Below are positions 40,836-41,458 of a stretch of DNA of 41,458 nucleotides, piece by piece. The stretch comes from a virus: UHGV virus genome UHGV-0205600. One strand, given 5' to 3'. The number at the start of each line of letters is the position of its first letter. The first letter of the stretch is position 1. Both the position numbers and the translations under genes were made by a program. Under the pieces are notes generated by a model, which was given only the letters and a program-made list of their open reading frames with translations, ran no database searches and was not told the origin of the DNA.

Positions 40836-41239
40836 AGCTGGCGACCGCCTGCACCGAACATCGTGATCAACTGATAAAATTCAGCGCCATATCGGGTGTT
40901 ATTCCAGAAACCTGCATCAGGATTCAGCGTCGCGCTGGTGTCATAACTGACGCTTACCTTATCCACGGACTTTGAGGACTGAACACCATTGGTTGAACCG
41001 CCCGAACCACCAGCCAGCATCGCCCGGCTGTCTGCCGCCCAGAGCGTCATGTAGTGCGCAACGAACAACCCGGCAAAGTACGGAAACAACTTTTTGCCGG
41101 TGACGTTTTCGCTCAGCAGTTCATCGGCCAGATTCAGACGAAACTGGATTTGCGCTTCGGGATATTTGGCAGGGTCAGCAAACTGCGGGAAGTCGCGGCG
41201 AAAATCACTTACCGCTGGCAGACTTTGATTCTTTGGCAT
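40832..41239 (-). CDS. head-tail connector-like protein
   Basis: 135-aa ORF that would directly follow the capsid genes if the window is circularly joined. Confidence 0.45.
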   Translation of the reverse strand: MPKNQSLPAVSDFRRDFPQFADPAKYPEAQIQFRLNLADELLSENVTGKKLFPYFAGLFVAHYMTLWAADSRAMLAGGSGGSTNGVQSSKSVDKVSVSYDTSATLNPDAGFWNNTRYGAEFYQLITMFGAGGRQL

Positions 41240-41426
41240 TTTTTACCTCGTTACGCGCGTCTGTGGCTTTGCCAACGGATACTTCCGCGTGCGCACGAGT
41301 GAACCAGTGCGTGGCAACGTCTTCCTCCACAGCATGACGGCCTTTAACAAACTCGCGCCGTGAACCGTCGGGAAGCGTGAGCACAAACGGGGTATGTACG
41401 TGTATTACTGCATTATTTTTTGCCAT
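41205..41426 (-). CDS. small structural protein
   Basis: 73-aa ORF at the window end; would follow the major capsid gene if the sequence is circular. Confidence 0.35.
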   Translation of the reverse strand: MAKNNAVIHVHTPFVLTLPDGSRREFVKGRHAVEEDVATHWFTRAHAEVSVGKATDARNEVKNAKESKSASGK

Positions 41427-41458
41427 CGGGTCATCCTTAATGGCCCCGCCAGGGGGCC

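Overview
The window reads as an almost complete, circularly permuted temperate phage genome of about 41.5 kb rather than a chromosomal island. It is a mosaic: a lambda-type early region (Q, nin genes, ren, P, O with ori iterons, cII, cro, cI, N with nutL, ral, cIII, kil, gam, bet, exo), a P22-type xis/int with an attP core that copies the 3' end of tRNA-Thr (thrW), a phage-21-type lysis cassette (pinholin, SAR endolysin, Rz/Rz1), headful-type head genes, and a Mu/SfV-like contractile tail. All family assignments come from reading the translations and from recalled reference sequences; no database search was run. Cargo of unknown function sits in the classic moron slots. The strongest candidates for an undescribed system are a 348-aa protein co-transcribed with cI in the rexAB slot, an AT-rich 488-aa protein with a possible PD-(D/E)xK nuclease motif next to attP, and a cytoplasmic trypsin-like serine protease with an upstream small ORF between the lysis genes and terminase. 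Lesser candidates are a 122-aa protein in the sieB slot and a convergent small-gene pair inserted in the baseplate operon.
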